Assembly: GCA_021613535.1 (NCBI GenBank)
Contig: CP075492.1
Location: forward strand, 8,261,653 to 8,325,652
DNA: 64,000 nt
Direction: 5' to 3'
Source of the DNA: Adineta vaga
Taxonomy: Eukaryota; Animalia; Rotifera
The notes beneath the pieces were generated by a model. That model had not been told where the DNA came from. It did no database searches and saw only the letters and a list, made by a program, of their open reading frames with translations. This document shows positions 1-14,282 of this stretch, piece by piece. Every line of letters starts with the position of its first letter. Position 1 is the first letter of the stretch. Both the position numbers and the translations under genes were made by a program.

Positions 1-2222
1 ATAATTCAACTTTGAAACGAGAAGCGAAGCAAATATCAGCATTTTCATTTATTTATGTTGCGTGCATATGAAAATTTTTCTTTTTTTACCTAGCAGATGC
101 TCCTGTTTTTAGATGAACTAATGTTTTTTTTTATTAAATTTTTCTAGCGTTAATCTCTAATTGAAATCCATATAAAAACTTGATTACAAAACCTTGAATT
201 TCTAATCACAAACAGCTTCGCTTCTTACATGAATTTGTTTTCTTGTTTCATACACTTCTAGTTATTCTAATTTGAAAAAAAAAATTGTTTACAACAATAT
301 CCGAAGAATACTTTCGTTCAACACATTAATCAACAACAGACGATTTCACCTCCGCGAAAATATATTCTGATATATATGTTATTATATATTCAAATCTTTC
401 ATTAATATAATGTCTAGTTATGAGACAAAAGGAAAGAAATTATATATTCGAGATATTTTGAATTGCGTGTGCTCTATTTTGAAAAACTTAATATGTAATT
501 AAACAACCAGCATGTTGAGGAATGGAAGTCTTGCCGACGATCTATGCGTACATATGAATAGACCATAATTGCCACATAATGAAGAACTTCAGAGAAAATA
601 ATCAAAATATATTTGAAAAAAGAATTATGTGCAAGATTTCTTATGGATATTCAAGTTAAATTGACGTGGACATTTCTAATCTAATCAACAAAAGGTTCTG
701 TCCAACAGACACGTGATAAAATAGAATCTCGAGTTTAATTTATGATGACAAATACGCATTACACATCATCAAATTCATCATTTTTTTTCTAAGAAGGAAA
801 TGCGTCATCGAAAAGAAATTCATCTGGTGCTTTGTAGTTCTATCAACCGAAAACATTCGAACTGACAGTGGACTAATATGAAATGAATATATCTCTGATA
901 ACTAGTGCACCAATCAGTAATGAAGACATCAGAAGTAATACGTAAACGTGTTACATGTCATGATATTTTTCATAGATAGGAATACTAAAATCAAACAGTG
1001 ACGTCAATCTATTTTCAAATACGTAATTAAAAGAAAACTCGTCAGTAAATTTTATTTTTAGTTAGCAATTATGATTATTTTTGACATCATTATCATTAAT
1101 CATTCGGAAATAAAATGATTTTTACTTGAAAATTCCGATCGATACTCATGTTTTGAATATTTCATGAGAATCAAAAAAAAGAATAAGTCATTGTTTTAGA
1201 ATTCTTCTTGCCGTTCATTTTCTCGGGTAAATATCAATAGTTAAAAGTCAATGGTGATTTTACATAACCTTAATTGTTTTTTACTAAAAGGACGAAGCAG
1301 ACAGAAAATGCTTTTGGTTATTATGATTTTCTAATTGAAAAAAAAATATATATATTCAATGTTCTATAAAGCGTTGTAAAACGATTCTTGTCCTGAAATA
1401 GGACACCTATATTTCTTGTCTTAAAAAAGATCACGAAAATTATTTTCCCTGGATAAAAACAAATTCCACATGAATGATTAGCATATCGTTAGAAGCTTAC
1501 GGAAATAGACAGATAATTGGAGAGAAGTCTGTTAGAAGTTCTATATTAAATGAGAAAATTAATACTTAGAAAGAATTTCCTAGAAGAAGAAAAAACAATA
1601 TCTTTTGTTAGTTTTTTAATGAAATTCTAGACGAGAAAAGATTTTCTTTTATGCCATTGCAGTTCAATATTAGAAGAGTTTATACGTGTGCATATTTATT
1701 GTCGGCTAGTTCCGCATATCAAATATCATCTCCTTGTAAATATGTACTTTATGATAAGTAATATTGTTATAAATAAGAAACATGTTCGCACTGTTTTTTT
1801 TTCTATGAATTTTTATTGACATACAGAAAGTCAGGAGACTTTCAAACAACAACAAGAAAAAAAGAGAAAAAGAAAGAAGAGAAACGAGTTCACCGGGTGA
1901 TCGCGCACAGTTTTGCTTTTCATGGATTACTAACAACATCGACAGAAACCAAAAAAAAAAGAATTCGATTACAGACAATAAGCTAATAGAGATTAAAATA
2001 AAGAATAAGAGTAAGAAGCAAAAAAAAACCAGAGAGAGAAAGAAGAAAGAGAGAAAGAAAGATAGAAGTTCGACAGCACCAGGCTTATCGAAGAAGCGTA
2101 ACGATCAATAGATTCGTTTAGCACAGACCTGCTGTAACAAAATCCGAAAATCGAATGAAAGTCAAAAAGCAATTTTTTCAAAAATTCGTGCGCGATCTAC
2201 AACTGTCTTTTGTTGCTCCAAT

Positions 2223-4157
2223 TTAAAATTCATTGATAAGTGCATCAATACTTGCTAATTCTTGTTCGAATTGATATTTCATATATGTATCATCGATTGT
2301 TTTGCTTGACCAGTAGTACATATTTGAGTTTGTTGAATATTGATTGTATTGATATTGGAACAATTGTGCTGTTTCATCGTCGAATATGAATGGTGCAACA
2401 ACATTTGAGAGGGATCGAGTGATAGGCGACGATTGTTGTTGTTGTTGGAAAGATTCATTACTGTTGTTGCTGTCGAACATGAGGAGACCCATGGAGAGTG
2501 ACGGACTATCGGCCACGATGGAATCTTCGCTCGATTTAGGCATTGGCGGGGAAACTAAAAGAATATGAAATTAGAAAATATGTTTTAATCAAAATCGCTC
2601 CTTTCGCTGCGCACCCAGATTTACTTGTTCGACTTTAATTGTTATTTGATTTGGTTCACATTCAGCATGAACATATTTCATAAATTCGTTTCGCATCAAT
2701 GGACTAAAAGAAAGTCATAGGAAAAACGAAGTTCTCACTAAAAGAACAAAACACTTACTCAATTAATTGAGCAACAATGGCATATTTAATTGATTTTGCA
2801 CGTCGTTCACGAGTTGGTCGAATTTGACATAAGAATGTCAAACGATGTTCACCGTTATTTGCATAGATATCGAAAACTTCGCAGACACTTTTTGGTGTTT
2901 GAAGTTCATTTTGAACTAGACAAACAAGAGAAAGAGAAACCGAATAAATTCTTTGATTATTTAAGTACAAATGACTTTTCATACAGTTTAATTGTCGAAT
3001 CTTTTCAAACTTTTCCAAATCTTCTGCTGATAAATAACGACCAAACCAATTTCCAATGATTTCATTTCGTGCATAACCAAGAATATCTTTAACACTGAAA
3101 GCAAAATTTTGTTGATCTGAATCATCTTCTTCGTTTTTTATTCATCGAAAACTTACTTTGATGAGACCATACTAACTGTCATATCATCATTTAAAGTTAT
3201 TTTCATTATTGATGAATTTGTTAAAGTTGTTTGGGATGAACTCGTTTCGTTTGTTGTTCCAGAAACTAACGCTTGACAACGAGCAACAAATAAACGATCA
3301 TAACATGAGTTATGACATGAATAGAAATGGCCAGCCATTGTAATTGCCTAAAATTATTAATTTTACATCCAGGTTTCAAAAGGAAAAACAAAACAATTAA
3401 GATTTTTCTTTACCTTGATGTCTTCACGTGTTCGACTTGGTCGTTTACCTTTTGGCAAACGGAAAGTACAAACAAGTTGATGTTCTCGATTTGTCAAGTC
3501 ACCTGATGATTCTAAAATTGTATGTAATTTTTCTCCATCAGTTTTATCGAGACAATCATAAAGATTCATGCATTGAGTGTACAATGAACGCTAAAAGAAA
3601 AACATGATGATTTTTTCGAAGAAATATATAAAGCAAGATTTTCATACCATTGTTTTGCCTAAGTGATTTTCAACTTCATCACTCATAGCGACGATTCGAC
3701 CATCCGTACGGAGGACAAGAATGAAATCGCCATTATTTACATTAGTTTGAATGCCACGTACAAGGTCAATATCACCTAAAACAAAAGAAAATATTTCAAT
3801 AATGAATTGAAGAGAAAGAAAAAAGATGAAATTTAGATAGTTACGTGAATATTTTTCACCATTTAAATGCATATCTTTGATAAGACGAGCATTTGTTAAA
3901 CCTAAAATTTCGTTCTTGTTTTTTCGTCCACCTACACGAACGACTTCACGTTGACCTGGTCGACGTACTAATGTAGCATCGAAAAGTTGATTGATGATGT
4001 CATTTGTATCATCTCGACGTTTTCGTAATGGCTTGGCGCCATCATATTCTTCTTGTTGTGGACCTGCGTAGCAGTTAGAATAAGCGAATTGCTTTATCGA
4101 TCCAGCCGATAAATCAAAGAAAGAGTTTTGTGATTGCCAGTATTGTTGTGAAGACAT
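2223..4157 (-). CDS. bHLH-PAS transcription factor. Multi-exon, about 7 coding exons. Exon 1 (about 3845-4157) encodes the bHLH, exons at 3660-3785 and 3400-3590 encode PAS-A, exons at 3153-3345 and 2757-3100 encode PAS-B, a small exon lies at about 2610-2695, and the C-terminal Q-rich exon is 2223-2550.
   Basis: Exon 1 translation RKRRDDTNDIINQLFDATLV...KNKNEILGLTNARLIKDMHL fits the basic/helix1/loop/helix2 pattern of bHLH-PAS factors (compare ARNT/SIM/CLOCK). GDFILVLRTDGRIVAMSDEVENHLGK followed by SLYTQCMNLYDCLDKTDGEKL is a PAS-A signature. GT donors and AG acceptors chain the exons in a consistent reading phase through to the stop after ...ASIDALINEF. Confidence 0.7.
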
Positions 4158-6550
4158 GGTTTTGTTTTCTTTTGATTTTATTTGATTTGATTTGATTGAA
4201 GTTTAGTTAGGGATAATCGCCTGCGATATGTTATTGGGAAAACTCTGCCGCCAGCAGCAGAGAACAACCTTTGTTGAATACGTTTACCGTCAAAATGATC
4301 GTTATTAAAATTACCATACCTTTCTATAATTTTTCTCTCTTTCTCTTATTCTCTCTCTCACCCTCTCTCGTCTTGTTTTTGTACTGAAGTCAAATAAACC
4401 TTTCTTAGTCTCTCTTGTTCTGTTCTTTTCTTTTCTTCTTTTTTTCCACGTATTTCTAATAAGCATATTATATTTTTCTTCATCATGTGTTGTTATAGAC
4501 TTCCGTTTTTCTCCTCCAGTCTCGTATTTCATTGGAGACAAGTTTAGTAAGGTGGTAAAAGAAGAGAAAGAAAACTAATATAAAGGTAAAGAAAAATAAC
4601 ACTCTTCACAATTTTCTCTTCTCCTGTTTCTTCTATAAAACATAAGTATAAATATTTTATAGTTGCTCTTAGAAAGGTAACTCGGAGAAGAAGGAGAAAG
4701 AAATGGTGTCGCTCGTTTTATATAATTACTTTCTCTTATTTTCTCGGGGTAAAAGAATGTAAACATCCGACGAGCAAATGACATGAAAGTTCTCTTTTTT
4801 GAAGATATTTTTTTTAAATCTGAAAAATTTGTTTGATGAATGAAAGAGAAAAGGTGACTAATCGTAATTGCGTTAATCCGTTTTTGAATTGCTTTACTTC
4901 CATTATTCATCTAAAACATCGATAGAACTCATTTTTGTTTCATTCAAGCAAATTTAGGAACAGTTGGTATGGTCATATATACACACCTACTTATTTTATG
5001 ATATATGATTACATAGAAAACATTTGTAAAACGGAAACTAAATGCAAGACTTTCCCCAGAACAATAAATATTCTATGAAGGAAATAGTGAGATGAATTAT
5101 AGATGACGTATCCTTAAGTAAAATGTTGAAGATGTTTTAAAATTCACATTTTGAGCAGACAATGAATATAGAATGTCTAATTATTTTATATAACATACAT
5201 TTGTTAGAATGTCCTTTTCCATAAATCGATTTGAACATCCGATCCTATTTCTTTGGAAAACAGTTACGAATATTTTCATTGATCGATGAATTATCATGAA
5301 ATGACTTCAATGTATTATGTGTTCTTGGTTTTGGTCGATCACATGAGATTTGAAATGGAGAAAATTGATTCAATGCTGTATTGCTTTGACTGAATATATA
5401 TAGATATAATTTTACAGTTTACCTGAAGGTGTTTTATCTCGTATGTATTAATACTTTTATCCTCGAGGTACATGGAAGAAATTTGTCGAGTATCAAACAT
5501 ACCTGTTCTCATTATACTCATGTTTACAGATGCCGGAAATACTGTCTATTGTTAGTGTTTCTGTTGAAAAAGATCCGAATTTAATTGATTGTGGTCTGGC
5601 TATCTAGATAATCCGTCATCTGATAGTTTTAATAAGTGAGAATAACGTACTCGATTTATTTTTAATACTTCTATAAAAAGTGATACAGTGTTTTTTTTGT
5701 CATGTATATAACTTTGTGAAAAAGAACTTCAATGATTAATCAAATATTCGTTTTGAATTATGAATATAAGAATATTTTTCTATACAATGTCATTTCCGTG
5801 TAGGTAGTTGATCGACATTACGTACTACACTTTGTCAATGCCAAATATGGAAACAATCTAGATGTCATTGGATTTAATCCTACATGAAACAAGATCATGA
5901 ATAGAAATATCATATGGGACAGAGTACGATCGAGTTAGTTTTAATTAATTCACATCTTTTCTTATTGTATGACGCTAGTTCCATGAATTATTTTGAAATA
6001 CATAAAAGACATTAGATATATTTGAGATATTTAAAACCTATTTTATCTGTTGTCATTAATCGACTGTTCGTCAGTGTGATGTTACTTCTCGCAAAGAAAT
6101 TAAGAATCATATGCTTCTAACTTTTTTTTTTAAAACTGGTTGTTCATATAGTGAATATGAAAGAAAATATCTGAACAATAATGTAAATACAAAAATACTT
6201 GAAGAAAAACTTGATGAGATATTTTGCATATGTTATTCTTTGATATAAAATGAGATGCATTAAATTAAAACTTGTTTCAACATTTTTTTCATGTGTATAC
6301 ACTTAAGAAAGAACGAAAAAAAATCTGCTTGTTTAGTTAACATAACCACCATCAATAGTCGAACGATGATGATGATGTCCGAACTAAACGACATAACAAA
6401 ATCAAGGGTTTCATATTCAATGTTTAACAAGCATACTTTTTATTTTCAATTCATTGAAGAGAAAAGAATTCGTTTTTTTCCTCTTCTTCTTGTATATTTC
6501 AATAATAAAATCAATAAGCTTTGTTTTTCGAATAAGAAAAAGACAAACAT

Positions 6551-7538
6551 TTGACACAAATGCAATCGACTCAGCATATCGATACACAGATTTTTAATAA
6601 GTACGGATGGCATCTACAGTGGCCACGTGTTTGGATAACTTTTCTTGGAATAATTCTATTTTGTCTTGGTTTAAATATCATTGGTATGGAAATAGGACAT
6701 ACCGTTTTCGATTCATATCGATCCACAGCATTCGCTGGTTTTATCGTTTTTATACCTCTGATGATTTGCACTATCTTCATTTTTATTACTGGTAAGTTGT
6801 AAATCTCACTTTTAAATATTAATGATAGAACGTTTGTTCATAGCATGTTTACCCAAATTACTTCTTCTTCGTATTGCTACGATTTTATGTTTGTGTATGA
6901 TTTTCTTGTGCACTTTATTAATAATCTATGATGTTTTTGTACTGATTGATCCAAGTCGATGTTTCTTTCTAAATTGTGCTAATGCAAATGTAAATTATCT
7001 TGAAAATTCAACGTTTCATATCAGTCTAACTGGTTGGCCATTGACTATTATGTGGCCGGATAATTTTCGAAATTCTATGAATACGAAACGATTCTTTCAA
7101 AGTGTTCAATTATTTTCTGCATGTTTATCCATTCTATGTTGTTCCGTATACATATCAATTTATTTTATTTACCGCCATTTGAACTTACATCGATCGCTCA
7201 TATACGAATCTCCGAAACTAACGACAACTTCCATCTATACACCTTACGCCTATCCAGAAAAATGTCTCGTATCAAACTACGATATTATGTATAATCATGT
7301 AGCACTAACACAAGAAATCGAAATAAGAAAAGATGTACTATCACGTATGACTTCAGTAAATTCGAATCGAATTTGTCGACGATGTATGAAACAACCACGA
7401 ATGAGTCTAACAAATGATTATAATCCGAGAACTCTTTTTTCGTACATCTGTACTAATTGTAATAATGAATTAATGAATACTCAACGAAAATCACCGATTA
7501 TCTATCGAATTACAATTCCAAAATATACATCGTGTTAA
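6551..7538 (+). CDS. Hypothetical four-transmembrane protein with a C-terminal Cys-rich tail. Two exons: 6551-6792 and 6843-7538.
   Basis: Two long ORFs are joined by a 50-bp GTAAGT..CATAG intron with phase continuity. Four hydrophobic segments are predicted (VWITFLGIILFCLGLNIIGM, AFAGFIVFIPLMICTIFIFI, IATILCLCMIFLCTLLIIYDVFVLI, LFSACLSILCCSVYISIYFIY). The C-terminus has RICRRC...(about 20 aa)...ICTNCN, a CxxC...CxxC zinc-ribbon-like pair. I do not recognise a family. Confidence 0.45.
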
Positions 7539-7965
7539 TATGTGATTCAATCAGTTATCAAAAATGAATATTTTCATCTTTCATTTTCCACCTTTTATAA
7601 GCATATAACATTACTGATTCCAGTAAATAAAAAATAACAACACATACACATACGTTAATTAACTCTATTCATTCAGAACCGAACAAAAAAAATACATAGA
7701 TATTGAATGTCTGTTCTATCTGTGTTAGATGAATACATAGATGAACATACTATCTAACACGTAGAAGATATTGCTTTTCTTTTCTTCATCTTAAAATAGA
7801 AAGATAATAGATGACACAAAAAAGATCCCGATTAACTAATGTCACTGTTTGTTTTTTTGTTGCACGTTTTGTTTTCGAGTTTTTATATAAATACTGTCCA
7901 TAGAATAAATAAAAAGTAAAAAGAATGGAATGAGAGTAGAAAGCAAAAAAAATTATTTCAACGAT

Positions 7966-10900
7966 GTTTGAATCTCTTCCAATAAATTCGAGAGAAAATG
8001 TGTTTCTGTTGATTTACCATTAATTGATATATTAGTTGGAGAATTCTAAACAAGAGAAAGTGAAATAAAGTCTTGTCCGAAAAATAAAAATAACATACTG
8101 TAGATTTTAATAAAAGTGCAATCGGATGTCCTAAAATCGTTTCTGCATATAAAGATGCAGCTGAATTGATTTTTTCTACGACTAAAATAAGAAATCGTAT
8201 CGATAAGATGAATTGTTCTTTATAAATAGTCTACAAACCAGTTAGTCGAAAAGATTGACAAATATTATTAAGTATTGATGTAAAATCTTGATTCGATGAA
8301 GAGAGATTTATATTTGATTGAGATGTCAATGTTCCAGAACTCATCAGATCAGTAAAAGCATCACTAAATGAAATAATAAGACGAGAGAAAAAGAAACGAG
8401 AAGAATCAACTTACGAAGCGAGATTTTTTCTCCTTAAATATTGTGAACATGGTAGATTAAGTTTAAATTCAAGTGTATCACTTTCTGTTTTATTAGATTT
8501 CTAAAAAAGAAGAAGAAAATATTCTAACCGGATTGTTTTCTTATAAAACATACATTGACGGAATAAGTTAAAATTGTTTTTAATTTTTGAGGAAATGATA
8601 TTGCATTGATAGCAAAATAAATATGAAGATAATTTTGTGCATGAGGAAAAAGACTTATCGTTGAGAATGATATACGATTTGCACTTGTTGTATTTAGTAA
8701 TTTTGAACTCATACTATCGATAATATGAATATCAATATGATCAATGATTGATGATGTTTGATTTTTCAAAAGAAAAGTTATATCAAGTTCAGCTGTTGAT
8801 GGTTTTGGAGTTATCGAATATTCCTAAAAGATTTGATATACATTTAGAATTAACGATTTTCTCATTTTCAAATATGAGATAACTTACAATAGTTAGATTG
8901 TCAGATTGCGCAGCGAATTTGTAAGAATCTTTTTCAATATATTGTTGATTAGATTGATTTGTTGGAAGAATATCATCGCTCATTATATCGAATAGAAGTG
9001 GAGCAGATTTATTTGGATCTATTGTGGTAGTTTTTGATGTTGATTTTTTCTCTTTAGTTTTCTTTTTCTTTGATTTTTCTTCAGAAGTCGTTGAAGGAAT
9101 AGGAGACGATGATACAGGTTTTTCTTCTTCATCCGCTGGTGATAATAATTCTTTGTAATCATTACGTTCTGGTTCTTTCAGTTTCGATTTCAAAGTCGTC
9201 GATGTAGTCTTTTTCTCTATTGTTTTTTTCTTGGATTTTTTCGGTTTTTCACTTGATATAGACGAAGGAGGAGTTTCTACGGATTTTTGAGGTGATTCAT
9301 TAGGTCGAGATATGGGTTCAGGAGGTACAGATGTAGGTGGTTGTTTAGGTATTTCGTTTAAATCAATATTCAATGCTCGATGTGGATCATATTTTTTATT
9401 TTTCTGAATAATTCTATTGTCATCATCATTATCTTCATTACCACTTTCTGCTATACCTTCAGGTAATTCACCACCACGTGTCACTTTGATTGATGGATAA
9501 ATGTCATCATCATTATCATCAGCCGTTACTGTATCGGATTTTTTCGAAGATTTTTTGCCTTTCTTCGATGAAGTACCATCCGTTTTCGATTTTTTCTTCA
9601 AACGTCGATTTTCTTCGTCAATTTTAGTTTGACGATATAATTGATCTGAAAGAGAAGTTTGTAAGTTATTCGGAATCGTTCCTTTGTATGATGTAGCCGA
9701 AGGATTTTCATTGCCATTTGTCATATTCATCGATGTTTCAGGCTAGAATTTAGAGAAAAAAGAATTCGATAGTGATCAATCTTTAAAAACAAAACGTACC
9801 TTCGATGTACTTTTACTTTTTTTCGTATCTTTCAAATAGAATGGATTCATTTTTTCACTTTGTTTTCTTGATTCTCGTTGTTGTTCTAATTCGTCAGATG
9901 TCGGTTCAACATAATTTTTCGTCTTTTGGTAAGTTGATGTATCATTCATATATGAATTCGAATTATAACTATCTTCATTATTTTCATAAAACAATCCCTT
10001 ATTATCATAACGTGTGCTTTCTCACAACTGATTCATCTTCACTTTCCGAGGGTGGTTCATTGATCCAAGCATCCAAATCCAAACTAGAAAAAAAAGTCAT
10101 TTACAAATGAGGATTATTCAATCAAAATCAATCACTAATTTACCCATTTGGTACAGCAACTTTACGTTGAGCTTTCGCAGCAACTGGATTAAGAACACCA
10201 TCGAATAATACTGATAATTCATTGACATTAAATTCCGATTTTTCGAGAAGTTTTAATACTGTTTTGAGAATATGTAAAATAACACTTGCCTAAAAACGTA
10301 GATTGCGTTCTCTTTTCTCTCTATTCGATGAATTAAACATACGCGTTCTTGTGCTTCAACATCGCCACTTGATAAAAATGTTGACATTTTTTCAATGGTC
10401 ATTGAAATCAATTGTTTAGCTAAAATTTCATCATTATTCGATGATTGAATTAAATACGTGATAATTTTTAGAATATTTTGATAATAAACAGATTGAATAT
10501 GACCAGGAAAGACAATAATTTTTGTATTTAATATTGCTTGAAGTGTTTCCTGTGGTTCTTTCAAATATCTATCAAAACATTTTTCTCGTATAGAATAAAA
10601 AAAACAAAGAAATAGTTTTTCATTGATTACTTACGAACAAAATTCTCCACAAATCCATGCCGCAGCATATAAAACTTCTGCAACAGTTGTAGTATTTGAA
10701 CCGATAATAAAAACATGCGCATTTGCAAGAAGAATTGCCTGAAAAAAAAGAATGATTTTTTGTTTCTATTTATATTTGACAAATACTTACCATTTGGTTA
10801 CATGCAAATGGACGAATTGATTCAACACGAACAGCAACATCTAACATTTGTAAAGCAATGAGATTTCCATGTTTTGTTCCTTCGAGACGTGTTAATTCAA

Positions 10901-12750
10901 CTAAGATACTTATATACCTATTGAGAAGAAAAGATTCATTGAAAATTCGATGAACAAACAAATAAATGATTGACAAACCATTCAAAATTAGTGATATGTT
11001 GATAATCACTTTGACTGCAAATTTCAATAATTTTTGAAAGTAACTCATCACGATAATGAGAACCTTCAGATTTATCCATATGAATCATTAATTTACGAAC
11101 AATATCCATTAAATTCTTTCTTGATACCTAGAACGAGAAGAAGAAAACACTTTCAAATAAGAAAATTTCCTATTTGAAATCTTACCATGCCAGATAAAAG
11201 ATCAAGTGCTCGTAAACGTATGGATTCATCTTTATCATCGAGACATTGTAGTATTAAATCATTATGTGCTTGAACACTTTTTGGATGTGTTTGTAAAATC
11301 TTTGACATGGCTAATAATCCCAAATATTTCACTAAATGAAAAGAGTTTCTAAATCTTCTAAATTCCATTTTTCAATTTCTTACAATTTTGATCGGAATCT
11401 TCAATAAGTATTCGAAGTTTTTGTACACATAATTGAATCGATGCATTATGATTAGGTAAACCAGATGAAATCGAAACAAGAACTTTAAAAAAATGAAACT
11501 GTATTGTATCGGAATTTATCTTGTTATATTTTACTTACCAGCAATCACAGTATTGATACATTCGTATAGAAGTGACATGGCTGATGTACTATGAATTAAA
11601 TTAGTCAATGGTTCGATTAATTTTTTGCCTAATCGAGGTTCTAATGGTGTTAATGCACCAAACTAAAGAAGAAAGGAGAAGAATTGTTTGAAAAGAAGAT
11701 TATCGAGGTTAAATTTACTAGTTTGATAATTTTAATCAACACCCAATTGTTAGTTGAGGTTGTCATTAAACGGAAAAAAATTGGAGCTAAAGCAAGATAA
11801 TTTTTTGGATTACGTCGTGCTAATTCACAAATAACATTCACAGCAGCAGCTTGAACACCTGAATCAGGATCTTCGAGTTTGTCTTTTAGTCGTGGAAACG
11901 CTGGTTTTAATGCATCAGGATTATTCAAAAATACTTTATATAAAAGTAGAACAGCTCGTTTACGTATATATGGTTTAGTTGATGTCATCTTAAAACATAT
12001 GAAGTATTTCAAAAGAAACAATTGAAGATCTTTTTCTTACCAATATCATTATATCATTTGCTAAATCATGAGCCAGATCACCATTTATAAAACATGAAAG
12101 TCCATTCATTGCCGTTGCAGCTTCATACATTGATGAACTATTTAGATCCTAAAATATTCCTTTCATTAACGATGAAAATTGATCGAAGAAAAACATCATT
12201 TACTTTTCGAATCATATTAGTTGTTAACATTAAAACATCTGTTCCTTCATGAAAACATTGTGAAGCAGCAAGATAACCAATTCGCTAGACAAACCAAACG
12301 ATTGTTATACATTAAAATAATTTTTTAACACCAATCACTTACTTTAAAAGTAAATTTATTTGAACTCATTACTTCAATGATATTAAACGCACTCCATGAT
12401 ATATCATATCCAAGCATTTGAAGCTAAATTGTAAAAGAAAAGACATAATTTTCTGAATCAAAAGTACATGTCTATTTTTACATAAGTTAATTTATTCACA
12501 GCATTTGCTTTAACTGCAATATTATCTTGTTTAAGTTCTTGTTTAATTTCATCAATAGCTTCATTGATATATTTCGCCTGAAATTGAAAATTAAAGATAA
12601 GTTTTTCTTTCGAGAATATTTTACTTCATTATCTTTATGATTTCGGATGCCTCGAACGAGATCATGAAGACTTTTATCAAACATTTGTCCGAAACTATCT
12701 TTCGCTCGTTTGACGACTTGATCCATCGTTGTCGACATATTCAAAGCCAT
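7966..12750 (-). CDS. AP3D1: AP-3 adaptor complex delta subunit (AP3D1/apd-3 homolog). More than 15 exons. The N-terminus is at 12750 and the lysine-rich hinge exon is 8789-9730.
   Basis: Translated exons match AP-3 delta along its full length: FDKSLHDLVRGIRNHKDNEVKY (N-terminus), TSTKPYIRKRAVLLLYKVFLNNPDALKPAFPRLKDKLEDPDSGVQAAAVNVICELARRNPKNYLALAPIFFRLMTTSTNNWVLIKIIKL, YLGLLAMSKILQTHPKSVQAHNDLILQCLDDKDESIRLRALDLL, YISILVELTRLEGTKHGNLIALQMLDVAVRV, a lysine/serine-rich hinge, and the C-terminal SDAFTDLMSSGTLT...HFLSNLLEEIQTSLK*. Confidence 0.9.
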
Positions 12751-12992
12751 TTCTTTTTCGTTTTTTACTACAACAAAATGGAAAAACGTCTAATCATTCA
12801 TTCACTCAGCCATTTATCTTTATCATAAACCTTTCTATGTTGTCTATAGATGTCAGAGTACCGCTTTGCTCGCTCATATTTGATTGCTTCTTGTTCTTTC
12901 CATTCGACAGACTGACAAGTTTCTACCACGTACTAAACTAATACTAAAATCTAACTTAGAATTCTCATTTTAATCTCGATTTCTCCGTTGTA
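12751..12992. promoter_or_regulatory. Short divergent (bidirectional) promoter region between the AP-3 delta gene (minus) and the SLC35B1 gene (plus).
   Basis: Only about 240 bp separate the two start codons, which are in head-to-head orientation. The assignment is by inference; I did not identify specific motifs. Confidence 0.4.
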
Positions 12993-14282
12993 ATTGTAAT
13001 CATGGGTGACGAAACTAAAACCAATGAAAAACATCATCATCATCATCGTCAGCATAAAACACAATCATTTCTCATGTCACCAACTGTTAAATTATTCGTT
13101 TGTTTTCTTGGAATTTTTGGTGCATATCTTCTCTTTGGAATCGTTCAAGAATCTATGTAAGAAGTAGAAAGTTTTCTTTAGAAAATAATCCAGGATTTTT
13201 CTTTTGATTAGAGTCAAAGGCAAATATGGCAAGAATGATAAATTTACTTATATTATATCACTTGTATTTTTTCAATGTATTTTTAATGCAATCGTTTCAA
13301 AAGTCATACTTGTCATACGTAAAACTCATAGAGATACAACTCCATCAAAAATGTATGCATTTGCTTCGTTTACGTATCTATTTGCGATGCTAGCAAGTAA
13401 TTATGCATTAGAATTTGTTAGTTATCCAATGCAGGTAAGAAAAATAATATTGCAATATTGAATTAGTGAAATATTGTTTTTCTGTGTGAAGGTGTTAGGA
13501 AAGTCAGTGAAACCTGTACCAGTGATGCTATTAGGTGTATTAGTCGCAAGAAAAAGATATCCGTTAGTGAAATATTTATATGTTTTATTAATTGTTGCTG
13601 GTAAGAAATGAGTGAATTTTGACAAATGATTGAATTTTATTTATTAGGAGTTGTTTTGTTTATGTACAAAAAACCTGAGAAAGCAACAAAAGCGACGGAA
13701 GCAAATGCAATTATTGGTATTGGTGAATTTCTTTTGGTAAGTCTTTAATTAGAAAGAAACTTAGAATACATATTGATATATAGATTGTTTCACTTGCATT
13801 TGATGGTCTTACGGGTGGTATACAAGATAGAATTCGTGATTCACATAGAGTTCAAGCTTATCATATGATGTATTCAATGAATATTTGGTCATGTTTATGG
13901 GCATTGATTGGTGTAGTAGCAACTGGTGAAATCTATGGTTTATATAATTTTCTTACTGCTTATCCTGATGTTATAACTAAAATGTTTTTACTTGGTTTAA
14001 CTGGTGCAATCGGTCAAGTATGTTAATCAAAATCTAGTTTTTTCTTGTTAACAGTTTTGAAAATGTTATCCTAATTCTTTTAGAATTTTATCTTTCTTAC
14101 GATTGAATGGTTTGGTCCATTGACTTGTTCGATTTTTACAACAACACGAAAATTTTTTACTATCCTTTGTTCAGTTATTATTTTCGGTAATCCAATATCA
14201 ACGCAACAAATGCTTGGAACAGGACTTGTATTTATTGGACTGTTTATGGAACAATTATATGGAAAGAAGAAACATAAATAGA
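12993..14282 (+). CDS. SLC35B1: SLC35B1-type (UDP-galactose transporter-related, HUT-1-like) nucleotide-sugar/ATP-ADP ER transporter. Six exons: 12993-13156, 13211-13436, 13487-13601, 13651-13737, 13785-14017, 14086-14282.
   Basis: The exon chain gives [20 protein letters not shown]...[21 protein letters not shown]...[70 protein letters not shown]...[15 protein letters not shown]...[22 protein letters not shown]. This is collinear with human SLC35B1, which I recall as [21 protein letters not shown]...[36 protein letters not shown]...[21 protein letters not shown]. Confidence 0.85.

Noticed and set aside
1706-2181. Small minus-strand ORFs rich in F/L/S at the left edge.
   Set aside because: They lie in A/GA-rich low-complexity sequence, are shorter than 100 aa, and have no homology or splice context. 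They are probably intergenic.
4311-4910. Two K/R/E-rich ORFs (76 and 111 aa) upstream of the bHLH-PAS gene.
   Set aside because: They lie in CT/GA-rich low-complexity sequence (tctctctc, agaaagag) that is typical of a 5' UTR or promoter. The composition reflects the simple repeat, and there is no splice or homology support.
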